A stretch of 64,000 bases of DNA from Hydrolagus colliei (Eukaryota): NCBI GenBank assembly GCA_035084275.1, contig CM068755.1, forward strand, positions 11,656,001 to 11,720,000. The letters run 5' to 3'. The notes beneath the pieces were generated by a model, which saw only the letters and a list, made by a program, of their open reading frames with translations, did no database searches and was not told the origin of the DNA. The translations under genes and the position numbers were made by a program. Shown piece by piece: positions 21,056 to 34,499 of this stretch (position 1 is the stretch's first letter; the number at the start of each line of letters is the position of its first letter).

Positions 21056-24000
21056 AAGTCCTGGGAAACCACATGGTAAATTGTGACAACTACATATGGG
21101 TTGAACACATTCCACCACAATATTGTATGTGCAGTAACAAGTTGTTGATAACATTATAATACCTACATAGATACTGACCTGATGATTTGTTGTAATGGCT
21201 TGCTACCAGCTACTGCATACTCATACAAGTAAAACATTAAGTAAATGAATACACACAAACACATAGATATGCTCTTTGATTCAATTATATTTATTGATTA
21301 GGAATTGTATAGCATCACTCTATTGTTCAGTCTCATCCATTACTTGGTTACTTGGCTAGACCACTTTGTTTAAACCATTATGAATCCAGCTATGACCTCA
21401 GAAAATCAATATGTTAGAGAAGGTATGGTTCCAGATACAAAACGAATTATTGCACGCATCTGTGTGTTTTCTTTCCCCCAATCTCAACTCAAGTTTCTAC
21501 GATATTCTCAGAAATAATCTTTTTTTTTTGACCTCAGCTTAAAAAAAACTTTCAAAATTTAGCTTAAGTATCAAAGATAATAAATCACTTGGGTTAATAG
21601 GAGATATTGATTAAAAGATACATTCTCCATTATATATATCTTTGCATCAATTGATCAGAAACAAAGTTTGTGATAATTCTGATTATGCACACCTCAGTCG
21701 CAAACCCAGATTTAAAAGTCAATGACCATGACTCATTCTGAGAATGGGTTATAATGTCAGAAAAGCTGGGAAAGTGGAGTAAAGCTGGGTAACACTAAAA
21801 GTGTGATGGCATGTGACATAGAACTCACATAGTTGGCCAAACCTTTCTTTCATTTCTGTATAACAAATGCTTCTCTCTCCTAGAAGGTATGGGATTTTGT
21901 TTTTATGTGCATGATAGAGAAATGAATGAAAGTAACAAAAATGTTCCATGTACTAGGTGTTATTTACAACACCAGTTCCAGTTTTCTGAAAGAAAGATGT
22001 GACATGCAGATGTAGGGCCCTTAGGGATTTGAAAATACCTCAGTGTTCTGCACAAGTGCCAGACTGTCCCCTTTGTTCAAAATGTGCGGCAGATGTACAG
22101 TAAAATCTTTTTGAAATAGAGGACTGAAAGGAACTACTGAATTTCAGCAATCTCCCCCACCCACCACCACTATCCATTTCCCACAATTGTTTTTTAAATA
22201 CTGATTTATTTAATCAAGATAGGAATTCCTATTATAAAGATAACAAAAGGTTCCCTATTTATTTTTCGTGTGATTGATCCGGTTAGTTGAAGATAATCAC
22301 TTACAAATTCAATTTTAAAGAGAAACATAACTTTTAGGAATTCGTATACCATTTCAATATGCCTCTGCTTCCAAGTGTTGATGACCTCAAAAGCAATAGT
22401 GTAATTTCTTAAACATGTTTTAACATAGCATAGTGTAAACTAGTCTATACTTTCAGTGTTTTTCAGTCCCACCTCACTATTGCACAGTTATGTTTTCAAT
22501 GCCATGTCAAATCCTGTAGTCAAGATAAGGTATGACACTGACATTTAACCTATCTCGGAAACAAGGGGGAGAGAGGAAGTGCAGATGGATGATTGGTGAC
22601 CTGCTTAATCCAACATGATGGACCCTCTAAAGATGCTAGTAAAGATATAGAAGCAATGACAGCAATTCAATGCTGTGAAGTTGAATACAGTATTTGAAGT
22701 AATTTTTTGAAAAAAAAGCCAGTTAGTCATGTTAGTCAATCTTTATGTTCTTATAAATTTGCAATAACTTTACTTTTCTGAAACTATCACCCATTTCCAG
22801 GCTGATGCAACACAAATTGGAATTTGAACATGGGATCTTTTAGTTTGGCTCAATTCTACACTCAGCAGCGAGTTTAAACACAAAGCAATTGGGGTCGCTG
22901 AGCCATGTAAATTAAATCCTCAAGGGTGACAGAATAGAAGAAGTACCATATTCTGAAGTAACAGCAAATGAATCGGATACAAGTGAAAAGTAAAATGTAT
23001 TTATTTTCCAATACTGTCATTTTATGTGTTTCTGTGTCAGTATGCATTACCACTGCAATGAAAAACTGAAATCTCACACAATGATCTTTTGCTGTATTTT
23101 CTGATCAGAAATATTTGTTAACTTCTCGTCCTAATTTCTCATACGGAGAAATGCACTTAATTGTTCACCATTTGCTCTTTCTTCCCCTTCGTCTATCGTC
23201 ACCTCTTCCACCGACTTGGGTTTGCAAAACGGATTTACGCTAAGGAAAGGATGTCAGCTTCTGCCTTATTATTGACAAAGAAGTGAACATTTATTGATGG
23301 TTACTAATTTGATTTTAAGTATTTCAATATACAGTATTTTGGAATTATTCAACAATATGCGAGCTGAGTGGTTTCAGCAATAAAAAAACACTTTGGCAAT
23401 AAATCAATTACTGGGACTGTGGAAAAAACAATGACTAAACTGGAGAGCTCTTTGCCAATGCTGTTGTAATGAAGTGTCTTACACTGGACAACTTGAGGTA
23501 AGGAAAACTATGAACTACTGCAGTTGTTTTAAGACTAAGGCCACTTTCCAAGTCTTTTCGAAGTCTTTTGAAGTCTCGCACCCATCCTATCGCAGCCTTG
23601 GGGCATTGCCTTCTGGGATCACAGCCACAAACATCAAGCATCTGATTCATCTGCCATGGCATAAATCAGCAAATAAGACGAGCTGAAATGTCAAAGGTCA
23701 TCATGGTGTGATGCAAAGAAAGGACCACGGCAGCAATAGCGTGTATACCATGCAATGAATTAATATAATTGGCTAACTACCAATCCTAATGAATAAAAGT
23801 ATATCTTTCCGTGTACGCTGCTCTTAATGGGATTTCCAGGAACACCCTGAGCAAGATGAATCACCATCAGTCTGTATTTTATGAGTGAAGTACATTTCTG
23901 CATGCAGTGATGAAAGTGATCCATCATTATGCTCATTATCGGATGCTGGTGTATTTTGCTTAAGGTTTTGGTGGGGAGGGGGAATCAAACTATAACCTGA

Positions 24001-24084
24001 AGGGCTCAAGAGGCACTTTAAATTAAACATGTTTTGTTAATGTAAACTTACAAATTCCCTAACACAGCTTATTTTGATGAATAC

Positions 24085-24210
24085 TGTGAATGATCCTTAC
24101 ATTTGATGTAGCTCCTTATCACATTGTTGAGATGGCTCTAAATGCTTCACAGGGTATAGTGCAGAGCGGTATGATTGTGAATTTTCAAATAGAGAGCATT
24201 CTGTGGGATC
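24085..24210 (-). mobile_element. Degenerate SINE tail
   Basis: atccttacatttgatgtagctccttatcacatt..aatgcttcacagggtata. Confidence 0.65.
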
Positions 24211-24559
24211 AAGCAAATATCATATGGTTCCTATTCACCTCCTGGACACAACATGTCAATGGTTGTCCTTAAGATGTTCAGAAAGGGACATGTTCTGGCT
24301 ACTGGGATTGAATAGTTGTGCAACGCTGATTTCGTTTGACAGATCAAAACTCAAAAAGGATGTATGGTATTTAATCCTAAAGTAATGCGCATATGACAAT
24401 ATCCCACTCCTCACCTGTATCTTTCCTGCTTGAGAAATTTCTCATCCAAGATGTCACTGAGAAGGGAAATACACAATGCAGTGGTAATACTATAAAGTTA
24501 CACGATAGTATTCTCTTAGAAACACGAATATTAAAAAAGGAATATATACATGTACTGTA

Positions 24560-24773
24560 CAGTAAAAGCCCGTTTATCTGTGACCCGATCAATCGTAATT
24601 TCCGTATAACCGGCACTGCAAAAAAAGGTCCCCATTCGATTAACCAGAATTTATCCGGCACAATGTATTATTTTAAAAAAAATTGGGGGGGATGTTTTCA
24701 GCCGAATATCCGGCACGCGCTTTAACCGGCATTGGCCAGGTCCCGAGGGTGGCGGATAAGCAGGCTTTTACTG
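24560..24773. mobile_element. Tigger/pogo-type MITE (non-autonomous DNA transposon)
   Basis: TA|cagtaaaagcccgtttatctg ... cggataagcaggcttttactg|TA. About 21-bp terminal inverted repeats starting CAGT, a TA target duplication and a CpG-rich interior. Confidence 0.9.
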
Positions 24774-26522
24774 TATGACTATTCAATGTATTTCCGTCTT
24801 GCTTAAGTTAAAATCATTCTGTTGGAAAGGTGCTTTTCACGTCAGTTAATTTACGATCCTAAAATGAGAAACTAATGAATATAGCTGGTTATTAGAGATC
24901 GTAGGAATGGTGGTTCTACATTTAATCATTAAAACATATCATAGAAATGGCCAGACCTCAACATTGATTTGTGCTTAGATTATGTTGATGATATGGGTTT
25001 AAGTACTTTTTTCGTACCTGCAGGGCAAGTTCACTGCCAGTGACGGAGAAACTATGCATTAAGTCTGTAGCATCTGGGTTGAGTCGAACTTAAAACACCA
25101 GTGAAACAGCTGTCACATCTGGTACCCTGGGGCGGGAGCTGGTGGTAGCTGGAGAACAACACAGCAGATCACTGGCTGTCATACTGTGTTTTATCTTTTT
25201 GGGATTTATGTCTATTTAGGCACTTAATGCAATACATTATGTTTAACGATCAAGATTTATTTATTAGCTCACTAGTAAGAAGTGGCATATTCTACTCATA
25301 ATTTACACTTCAAGCTGTTAATTTTCATGCATTTGAGTGGACATTTTCATAGAAGAAACCATTGTTTTTAAAGCATTAAAATTGGTACATTCACAGTTGT
25401 GACATTAATATAGCGATAGATGCTTCAATGAGGTATTAAGCTTTAGTTAGGTTTGTAGATTGATTGATGTGAAAAGTATCCATTTGGCATCATTATTTTG
25501 AGTGGGGATAACACATTTAATAACAATGCACACATTCACATTTCTGTTTAATATTCAAATTTTTCAAAGATTACTTGATCCATTTATATTCCATTAAGTT
25601 TCTCAAAGCATTTATACTGTAGCTGTATTTTTTCATAGGCGCAAGATTGTAAGATGTTGGCATGGTAGTTGACAAACATTTGAATTGCTCTTGCTATTTT
25701 TATTCAAATGTGCCACATAGCTACATCACTACATTAATAGGGAGCTGGTCTGGATACCATCTACTCTGGATGACAAATTGTAAGTGTTTATGTTAATGTT
25801 CAATGAACAAAGGAACATTGTAAGCCTCTTACTAATATTATAAAGTGTTGCTTAACTATTTCCTGTTAAATTTCACGGTTTTATTCCAGCAACTTATCTT
25901 AGCTCTAAATTTGCTGTTTCCATCATTCATCTCTTCTGTTTATTATTTTTTACATTTATGGTGTTCCGTTTTGTTCAGTTTGACTGTTGTGTGCCTACAT
26001 TTTCTTTTCCTTCCTACAAATTGGGAAGGTTACATTGATTGTGACTAAGATTCATCATCATAAACATGTTAAGCTTTCCTATCTTGTGGGGACAAGATTG
26101 TGCTGGAGCTATTGATGCCTGGAGGTTTGTAGATTAACACTGAATTCTGAGTGTGACATAGCAACATTGGTTACATTTAAAGAAACTGAAAGCTTTTCTC
26201 GATGTCCCATTGATGGATTGGGGAATAGTGATTGCGGGAACTCCCAGTGCCTGGAACAAATGAAAAAACTAACTTAATTTGAAGCCTGAGAGCTGTATGC
26301 TCAGCCCCAGCAAAGTCCATGTTTTAAGCAGTATTAAGAAGTATTTTTGCTGCAATGTAAACAATTGTGCTGTGATTTTCATTTAAATTTTACTTTTTGG
26401 ATGCGTTTTAATGAGATTGAAAAGCATAACCGGAAAATTTAATGTGTAATCCAATGACTTTATTATGTCATCAATTGGCTTCTTGAGCATCTCTGTTTAC
26501 AAAGTTGGTAAAATGGTAACAT

Positions 26523-26629
26523 TTCTACCCCTGCCCCTGGCTCGGTCCCGGGATTCACTACTGTAAAGCGCTCTGAGACGCCGTCCGGCATGGAAGGCAC
26601 TATATAAATCAAAGTTGTTGTTGTTGTTG
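26523..26629 (+). mobile_element. Short young L2 3' end
   Basis: cccctggctcggtcc..actgtaaagcgctctgagacg..ggcatggaaggcactatataaatcaaa(gtt)n. Confidence 0.88.
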
Positions 26630-26960
26630 CAGTAAAATGGTACACGTCTTGCTTCTCTAAAATGCCCGAGTTGCAGATTTCCATATCCAGGTACTCCAGA
26701 GGAAGTTCACAGGTACAAAGTCCATTTCTATTTTTAAAAGAATGGGACTTAGCACTTTTTAAAGTCTTGCACAGCGAATTGCGCACCTCAGAAGACACTC
26801 GAGGCTCATTTGGAAGTAAAGTTCATTTTCTGCTTGAAGTATGCTTTGGGTATTTTGTGTGAGTGCATTGTTGAGAGTGAGTGCTGGGTGAAACAAAAAA
26901 CTGTGAAGTGCCGACAAGAAAAATAGTATCATTCAACTAAGGAGCTTTTGGAAGAGATAA

Positions 26961-27280
26961 AACAACAACAACAAAATTACATTTGTAGAGTACTTCTCAT
27001 GTCGGAAGGATGTCCCAAGGCGCTGGACTGTCAATGTTTCGGACCCGAGCTGAGTTCGGGACAGGGGAGGGTGGAGGGAAATGAGAGCAAGGGGGTTGAA
27101 GGATGGCATGGTCGAAGAGGAGGGTCTTGAGATGGGATTTGAAGCAGGCTAGGAAGGGGGACGAGATAGAGGGATTGCGGGATGGAATTCCAAAGGTTGG
27201 AAGCAGAGTGGCTGAAGGCTCATTCGCTGATGGTGGGGTGGATGGGTAGAGGGACATGGAACAGGTCGGAGCCCACTGAG
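26961..27280 (-). mobile_element. L2 LINE 3' fragment
   Basis: (caa)n aattacatttgtagag..gtcccaaggcgctg. The minus-strand translation includes CFKSHLKTLLFDHA, the L2 ORF2 end. Confidence 0.88.
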
Positions 27281-28804
27281 AAAAGGAGAGGCTGAATCTG
27301 AAATTTGAATTGAAAAAATAGACTAAAATAAGATAGACTGGCCTCAAAATAAGAGGATAAGTCATTGTAAGAACATAAATCGCACACACACACCTACCTG
27401 TGTACCAAGGTATCAAACTGATTTGTGTCAAGGATTTGGAATTCTCAAACCAAACCAGAAGATTCCCTGTACTTATTTTTAAAATTTGAATACCACCATC
27501 ATTTCACTGTACGTTTCTGTTGATTGCTTGAGGCAACATTCAAGCTGGTGATCATTAGCTTCTCATGGATTTTCCAAGCATCTGCACCATGCCAATGCTT
27601 TAAACAGACAAATTCATTACAGCGGTCACTGGTGGGAAGTGCTTTATGGTAAATAAATCAGATACAGTACTACAGTGTATGCTAAGTCAATGCCAAAAGA
27701 ACAATTTCCTTTCTCATGAACTAAAATGGAATGCTGAACAAGTATTTCAAAAACAAAATCTATGATCTGCATGAGTTATTTTCAAGCCCAATAGAAAATA
27801 CACAAATTGAAGTGTTTTCATCTTTTAAAAAGTTCATACTGGGTAAATCATGCAGTGTGTGTTAAAAAATGATTCAGACTTTTAAAAATAGCCAAATGAC
27901 TAATCTCCAGAATAGCAAAGTTTCTGTGTACAATTTATTCCTCTCTTCAAAATGACTGTCTTTAATGACTTTTACAACTAACGTTCATATATTTGGCAGA
28001 AGAATTAGAAATCTGATGGTAGAGGGATGTGAGCAGGTGAATAATGTTAAACTGAATGTTGTATATTCAGTGTAGAGTGCTAATGGGTATGTGATAAAAT
28101 CATGTTTGCATATGGTTGTAGAGGACAGGAGATGTACATCAGCTGTGGTTAGTTTACAATCTGAGGGTGGTGTTTCTTCCTCTAAACGTCATAACCCTGG
28201 ACTTAAAATCTGCAATACTGGAGTCAAGTACAATTGCCTCTAATGCAGTCAATACCACAGCTACAGCTGCTGTACCTCACTTTACACATCTAGAGCTCAG
28301 TGGTAAATTATTTGAGAAATTCTTCCAAGAAGTTGGAAGACAACACATTAAGTGCGTTGGTGAAAGATTTTTCATTATCTTGTGATGAGAAAGATTAATG
28401 TATTGAATAATGTATGGAATTTGACTGCCAGAGAGTTTCTCAAAGAATCAGTCTGGACACTGTCTGGTTTATTTTTTGTTCATTATTTGTGTGTGCTTTA
28501 TTAGGATTGTAAAATGCACATTGACTTAAAGGCTTGACTGAGAATATATGAAATTTAATATGAGGCGCAGATTGCTGTGCTGCTGAGACAGAAAAGGGGG
28601 CTGTAAATGATGTGTGTGGAGGGAAGGAAACTAGTGAGGAAAAATTGCTATTCTAGAGTTTTTTCTTAAATACCTTTGAAGAATAAGGAACTGCACAATA
28701 TTCCTGTCTACCTCATCTGGCAAGAAGAGTGGGGTAGGGTGAAGGCCATGTTAGATTAGATTGTACATGGATGTGAAGGATTGGGTTTGGTGACTTAAAT
28801 ATTT

Positions 28805-28902
28805 CATCCACAAAACACACAGTCAATCCACTTTACAGTGAAGCAATTTGAGGTGTCTCAATGATATGATATGGTGCTATACCGAAAGCAAAGATTATTA
28901 TA
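28805..28902 (+). mobile_element. tRNA/Deu SINE 3' tail
   Basis: ccacaaaacacacagtcaatccactttacagtgaagcaatttgag..gcaaagattatta. Confidence 0.8.
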
Positions 28903-29944
28903 TTTCATGTCCTGCTTCTATGTCCGATTTGTTGGTGGGTGAACTTTTCAGCCATTTTGCCTCTGCTCTCTGGTACCCCACACACTCGCATATTTCTGAT
29001 GCTGTAAACGCAAGACCTATTTTCTTTCTTTATTTTTTTCAATTGGAGATTTTGGCACAGTACATTTATGAACAGTCTTAGTGTAATGAGATACAAAATT
29101 GGCTTGGAAACCAATACACATGGTTTTCATGTGGATAAGATAGATATTGATGTGTCAGCTGTCCAGACTTACTGGTTTATTAAAGTGTAGCGAGAGTTAT
29201 ATGTTTAGAGATGAGTTAATTTATTATTAAGTCAAAGTGAAAGTATTGTAACCCACATTTAAATGCATAATCTATCATCAATAAGATTGAAGAATCAAGA
29301 GCATATTTTGTTTTGACAGTGATGAGGTAAATAGGTGCACATGGTCCTGTTATATACTATACAGTAGATGGAATGATCATGGCTTAACAGGTGAACATAC
29401 AAGTCATTTTTTTTCACAAGATGTTTGTTGAAAGCATGAAGCTATGCCAACATTTCACTTAACTACATCTCACCCTTGTATGGGAGTCAAATAAATGAGT
29501 TTTCATTCTCGACGTTTCCAAATAACAAATCAGCATTCACCTTTTGCGAGGCATTTTCTATGGTTTCTATGACACTGTCATGTCTTCCAATGCAACACCT
29601 AATAATTTGTTTCTTCTGTCCAGATATGATTACACAAACTCAGAAATAATCAACACTCACCCCCATCATATTTCTGCAATTGACAGTTCTAGAACTTGTG
29701 GCTCGAGTGTCTCATCAATCCCTGACGTCAGAAACTTTATCCTGTAACTTGGCATTGTTGTGGGAATGCAGATATCCAGACTTCAGTGGAAGTGTAGTAT
29801 TTTCTTCATCAATAATTTTTTAAGATTTGCTTTCCAGGACTTTTTTCTCATACAGGAGAGGGACACAGATGAAATGAAAGTCAGGAGCCACGGGAAAGGC
29901 CAGCCAGCACATTGACAGTCCTCCGCACCCCCTTCACTCCTTTG

Positions 29945-30008
29945 ACAAGAACAACAACAACAAAATTACATTTGTGGAACGCCTTTCGCGTCAGGAGGAC
30001 GTCCCAAT
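29945..30008 (-). mobile_element. Short L2 3' end
   Basis: acaacaacaacaaaattacatttgtggaacgcctttcgcgtcaggaggacgtcccaa. Confidence 0.85.
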
Positions 30009-30316
30009 ATCTGCAGCCAGAACACTTCAGAGGAGAGTGCGATTTTTTTTCTTACTGACTTGGGAAAGCAGCCAAGGTAAGTGTAGCTTTGAGAGTTCTG
30101 TAAACCAGCAGGATCTGTTCATTATACAATGTAGGAAAGCCCATCACCAGACCCAGTGGGTAACCTACAGACTGGTGGCCCAAACCGACAATTTATGTGT
30201 CCAACCTATTTGACCATATGTTGAGCTGTGTTTATGAGAGTTACCTGCAGTGTGCCCAGGATAAATTGCCTGCTGTTCCATGTGTAGAGTGTGAATAAAT
30301 GCTCTACTGTAATTGC

Positions 30317-30390
30317 GCTCAAGAGCCTCGGGACGACCTCCCGACGTGAAAGGCGCTGTCCAAATGTAATTTTTTTGTTAAGTTGCTGTT
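30317..30390 (+). mobile_element. Short L2 3' end
   Basis: gagcctcgggacgacctcccgacgtgaaaggcgctgtccaaatgtaattttt. Confidence 0.8.
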
Positions 30391-30619
30391 TTCATTCCAA
30401 GCAAATGTTTTGGCTCCTCAAATGAAAATATATACAAGGTTATGGATATCCCTCCTCTGATATTTCCATCTCTTTCTTATTCATGTGAACTCTGTGCACC
30501 ATTTTACCTAATTGTAAGTGACAGGTGAACTTACTCCCAGGACCGTGCCATTGGATTACTGCTCAGGCTATACAAATGTAAGTTTGCTGTTTTTGTTGAT
30601 GTTTTTCCATCAGTGTATA

Positions 30620-30850
30620 CCCCAGTGCCCTGGAAATGATCAGGCTGCTCCCTTTGCCGAGCAAACACCAGCCCGATTTGTGTTCTCTGTCCGTCTCACC
30701 ACACCATCGGTGGATAATCTTTCAACCATCCTGCCCCCGCTCTCTGCAACTCCATCCCAGAATGCCTCCACTTGCTTCTATCCTCCCCACTTTTAAGGCC
30801 AGTCTTAAGCTTAAGATCTATCTCTTCAGCCCATGCTTTTGGTTGAAACC
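30620..30850 (+). mobile_element. Old L2 fragment
   Basis: caccatcggtggataatctttcaaccatcctgccccc..ctctgcaactccatccc..ttttaaggccagtcttaag..tatctcttc. Confidence 0.6.
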
Positions 30851-31939
30851 TCAACAGCTTCCCTGCCTGTTATTTCTATGATTATGTCTCCACGTCTGTA
30901 ACTCACTGAAACATCTGATCAATTAAGATAACTAAAGGAAGCACAGAAATCTACTATTCTGCTGTATCTGCGCAGAAACATCCCTTTGACGCAGCTAGAG
31001 GAACAGTTTATTGCTCGGCCCCACCTCGCCCACCTCCCTAGCCCCCACCCCCACTCCAATTGAAGGCCCAAAGGAACAAAACTGTGATTGAAACAAACAT
31101 AAAAAAGAAAAAAAGATTCAATATAAATTTTCAACAGAAAATTTGCCGATTGTAAATGCTCTACATGTGAAAATTTGGCTCATTGTTTGCAAGTTTTGGA
31201 CATCAGTCTCTTTCGTTCAACTTACTGTTGATGCTCAGTAATTACATAGGCAGAAAAGTTGTTAATGTACGACAGAACTGGACAAATACACCAAAAGACC
31301 TGATACTACTTGATGCATTGTACGGTTGCATTTCATAAGCCTAAACAGGCTCCAAAAGCAGGTACTGAACATTTGCTTGAGGCTTTTAGTGTCAAACTGC
31401 ATTAGATCTTTCACCAGCGCACAGAGCACTGGCATGACACATGAAACTAGCCAGATTCTCCACAGTTTACAATTCAGCTGATGTCTGTTACTAAAACTTG
31501 GGACAGAACATTCTGTCAATCAAACTAGGACATAGACCTTGTACCCCAGGTGGCACATGTAGACAAATTTTAACCTACCACAATATAGGATATTTGGGGA
31601 TGACTGGAAATAAGAAGTTTGTGAACAAAAACAGAAAGAAAATTTTGAACACAAAGCGCTTTTCTGACACTTCGGTGCAACGATTTAATATGTGTTTGGG
31701 AATCAGACTTTTTTTTTAACTGCATACAATCATGTAATTAGTGATTTAAATGACAGCACTTGTTTTCATTTATTTAAGGCTTTGTTCCAGGACGTGTGTG
31801 CGAAAGCATCAATTGATTGTTTCGGCCTTATAAATTTCCATGTTAAGAAGCGTCCTGGAAAGAAGGTAAATTTACATGATCAGTACACATAAATCAATGT
31901 CTATTCGCATAGATTTATAAAAATGTTATCACTCGGAGA

Positions 31940-32068
31940 AGAATTGGCTGCCGTGTTTTGCTCACAAAATGTACAATAAATTAACTGTAGAGTACATTCC
32001 ATTGAGTGCTTTGAGATGTCTCGAAGATGTGATGAGGTACTTTATCAAAAGCAAGGATTATTATTATA
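31940..32068 (+). mobile_element. tRNA/Deu SINE 3' part
   Basis: aattggctgccgtgttttgctcacaaaat..tttgagatgtctcgaagatgtgat..gcaaggattattatta. Confidence 0.85.
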
Positions 32069-33399
32069 AGAACTGAATTCAAGAATTTGGAGATATGGGG
32101 ATGTAAATTATTTTGAGTCAAATTGCTGTGATATGGTTGTTTTCGGGCATTTTGATCCATTTCAGAAAGTTCTTTTGCATGAACTTTAAAACATTTCAAT
32201 CAGAAAAACAGTTTGCAAACATTAAGAATGTAAGAAACGTACGCATGCATGTTGCTCAATGGTTCAGAGTTGTGTGATCTGAGTAGAGAATTATTGAAGA
32301 ACGAACCTAAACGTAACACTGAAAAGAACAGCCTCAATGTTGAGTCGAGGAGATGGAAAGCCGAATGGCTTCTTTTTAATTTGCTCTGTCTTATGCCTGA
32401 TTTACATTGCGTCGTTAGTGTCCATTTAATGCTCTCTCCGCATTGACAAATTGCTCCAGCAAAAACATCTACTTTGAGAGACACTCCTAGCTTTGACTCC
32501 CTCCCCCAACATCACCATGGTGATGGACTTTGGCAAAGTTAACCAGGGGAGGAAAGGGCACGCCGTTGGGAGAAACTTTTCTAATGAATTTTGATTTGTC
32601 GCCTCTGAGGGAGACAATTCTGTTGCTAGTATAGTTTGACTGGATTTTAGGCCTGTTTGACTCTCTCTTAATAATTAATGCATGCAAGTAGATTAAGGAA
32701 CAATAGTGTCATAGTAACCATTGTATAGTACCAGTTGTTTTAAAAACATTCTAACTCTTATAAACACACCACATTGAGATAAATAATTTTACCAACAAAG
32801 GAATGTACAACACAAGCTCAATGCTGACTGGTGAATCTACAGACAGGTGGACAAAAGGTACTTATATTCTTCATGAAATGCCGTCCACACCAGAACAACA
32901 TTTCATGAACAAGAAGAAACAGCTTAGCTTCCAAAAAAAAATAGTCTTTGCATTTGATTTAGCGACTTATTCGCTGCCCTCCTATTTTTGCATTGCTCTT
33001 CACTTTCCAGCTTTTGTTACTCCCAATGTTCATTTCAAATGCCAAGTTCATTAACATAGATTAACGTAGCTGGTTCCAGCTCATTGAAACAGTACAATTG
33101 AATAATCTAAATGGGTACCTTAACTTACTGCCACAGTGATTTAAGGCCCTGTGAATCTGAATATGCAGTATTCATTTACCTCAACAACTGACACTCAGAA
33201 AATAGGGTCACATTTTATGCAAATCCCGCTGCTATTTTAAGTTTGTTTTGTTTTAGTGCAGTTCGTGAATGACAAATGAATGACAGAAAAATAAGAAACA
33301 TGCAGAGAAAGACACATAATCCGAAAGGAAGGATGAGTTGGAAATGGAAAGGCAGCGATACAAATACCCTGAATTCGAATTCTAATAGATAATAATAGT

Positions 33400-33465
33400 G
33401 ATAATAATAATCCTTCAGTTTGAAATAGCGCCTCTTATGTTTGAAAGGACATCTCAAGGCACTTA
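33400..33465 (-). mobile_element. Short SINE/L2-type tail
   Basis: (taa)n tccttcagtttgaaatagcgcc..gacatctcaaggcactt. Confidence 0.65.
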
Positions 33466-33850
33466 ATAATAAGAAGCATATGATCTTCACTTAATTCTTC
33501 TAAAATTGTCTTGGACTATTTTAAATTAACACTGAAAATTAGAGGCTTTCAGAATCGAAAATTAACTTGTTTGTTGGTGTATTCAACAGCGATAGTTTCT
33601 ATTGTTCTTTAGATATAAATATGAGCTATAAATGGATTTTATAAAAACATCCAGAAATCTAAAATACCTCTTCTTCCAAATGCAACACTCACCTTTCACA
33701 TCAAGCCCACAAATGCTGGCAATTACATGGTATAATGATATCTAATGAAATGCACCATATAATAATAAAAACACATTGTTTGAAAAGATCCATACACACA
33801 GCATATTAACAAATCTCTTAGCAAGTATCGTGATGTAAATCGCTGTAGTT

Positions 33851-33926
33851 TGAATGTCATAATCTGAAACAGGGATTTGGCATCAAAGTTAAAGTCATAT
33901 AACAGTGAAGTAGATTTGTGAAGCCA
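33851..33926. repeat. 76-bp dispersed duplicate (second copy 34973-35048)
   Basis: tgaatgtcataatct..aacagggatttggcatcaaagtta.agtcatataacagtgaagtagattt.tgaagcca, near identical. Confidence 0.92.
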
Positions 33927-34499
33927 AATTTATTTTAAATGAATAAATAGCATGTTATTCTTCCTTGCCTCCTTGCGGCTAGTCACCAACACATATTCTC
34001 CTCTAGCAAGCAGAGCTAGCTGGAATGAAACACATTAAATACGAGGTGAGCTTCAAGAGAAATGCACTGATTAGGAACTTTGGTCCCTGTGCATAGCGCA
34101 CTATAAACTGCGGCAAGAACTGTTGAAACTTGCCAAACTGTACACCAACAATGGGAGCTTAGCCTTTCGGCCTGGTATAGTACAGTACAAAGTTAAAGTG
34201 AGTGCATTTTCCTAAAATGTTGTAAAACTTCAACACGGACAAATATACGATATAATTTATTTTTTATTTTTACTTTTGGTGCTTGCGTTCAACTTTCAAA
34301 TCAGCAACATTCCCTCCAATGGTTATTCATTACTTTCCTCTTTGCTTGGACAGCAAAGCTGGGATAATCCTGCCGAAACCTCTCTCAGAGGGAGTACAAG
34401 AGGAAGCAGAAGTCCCAAAGCAATGCTTATTTGTACAAGCCAAAGGCACAAAATAAAGAAATAAAGATCTGAACCCAATTAAATTGATGGGCTAAAAAG

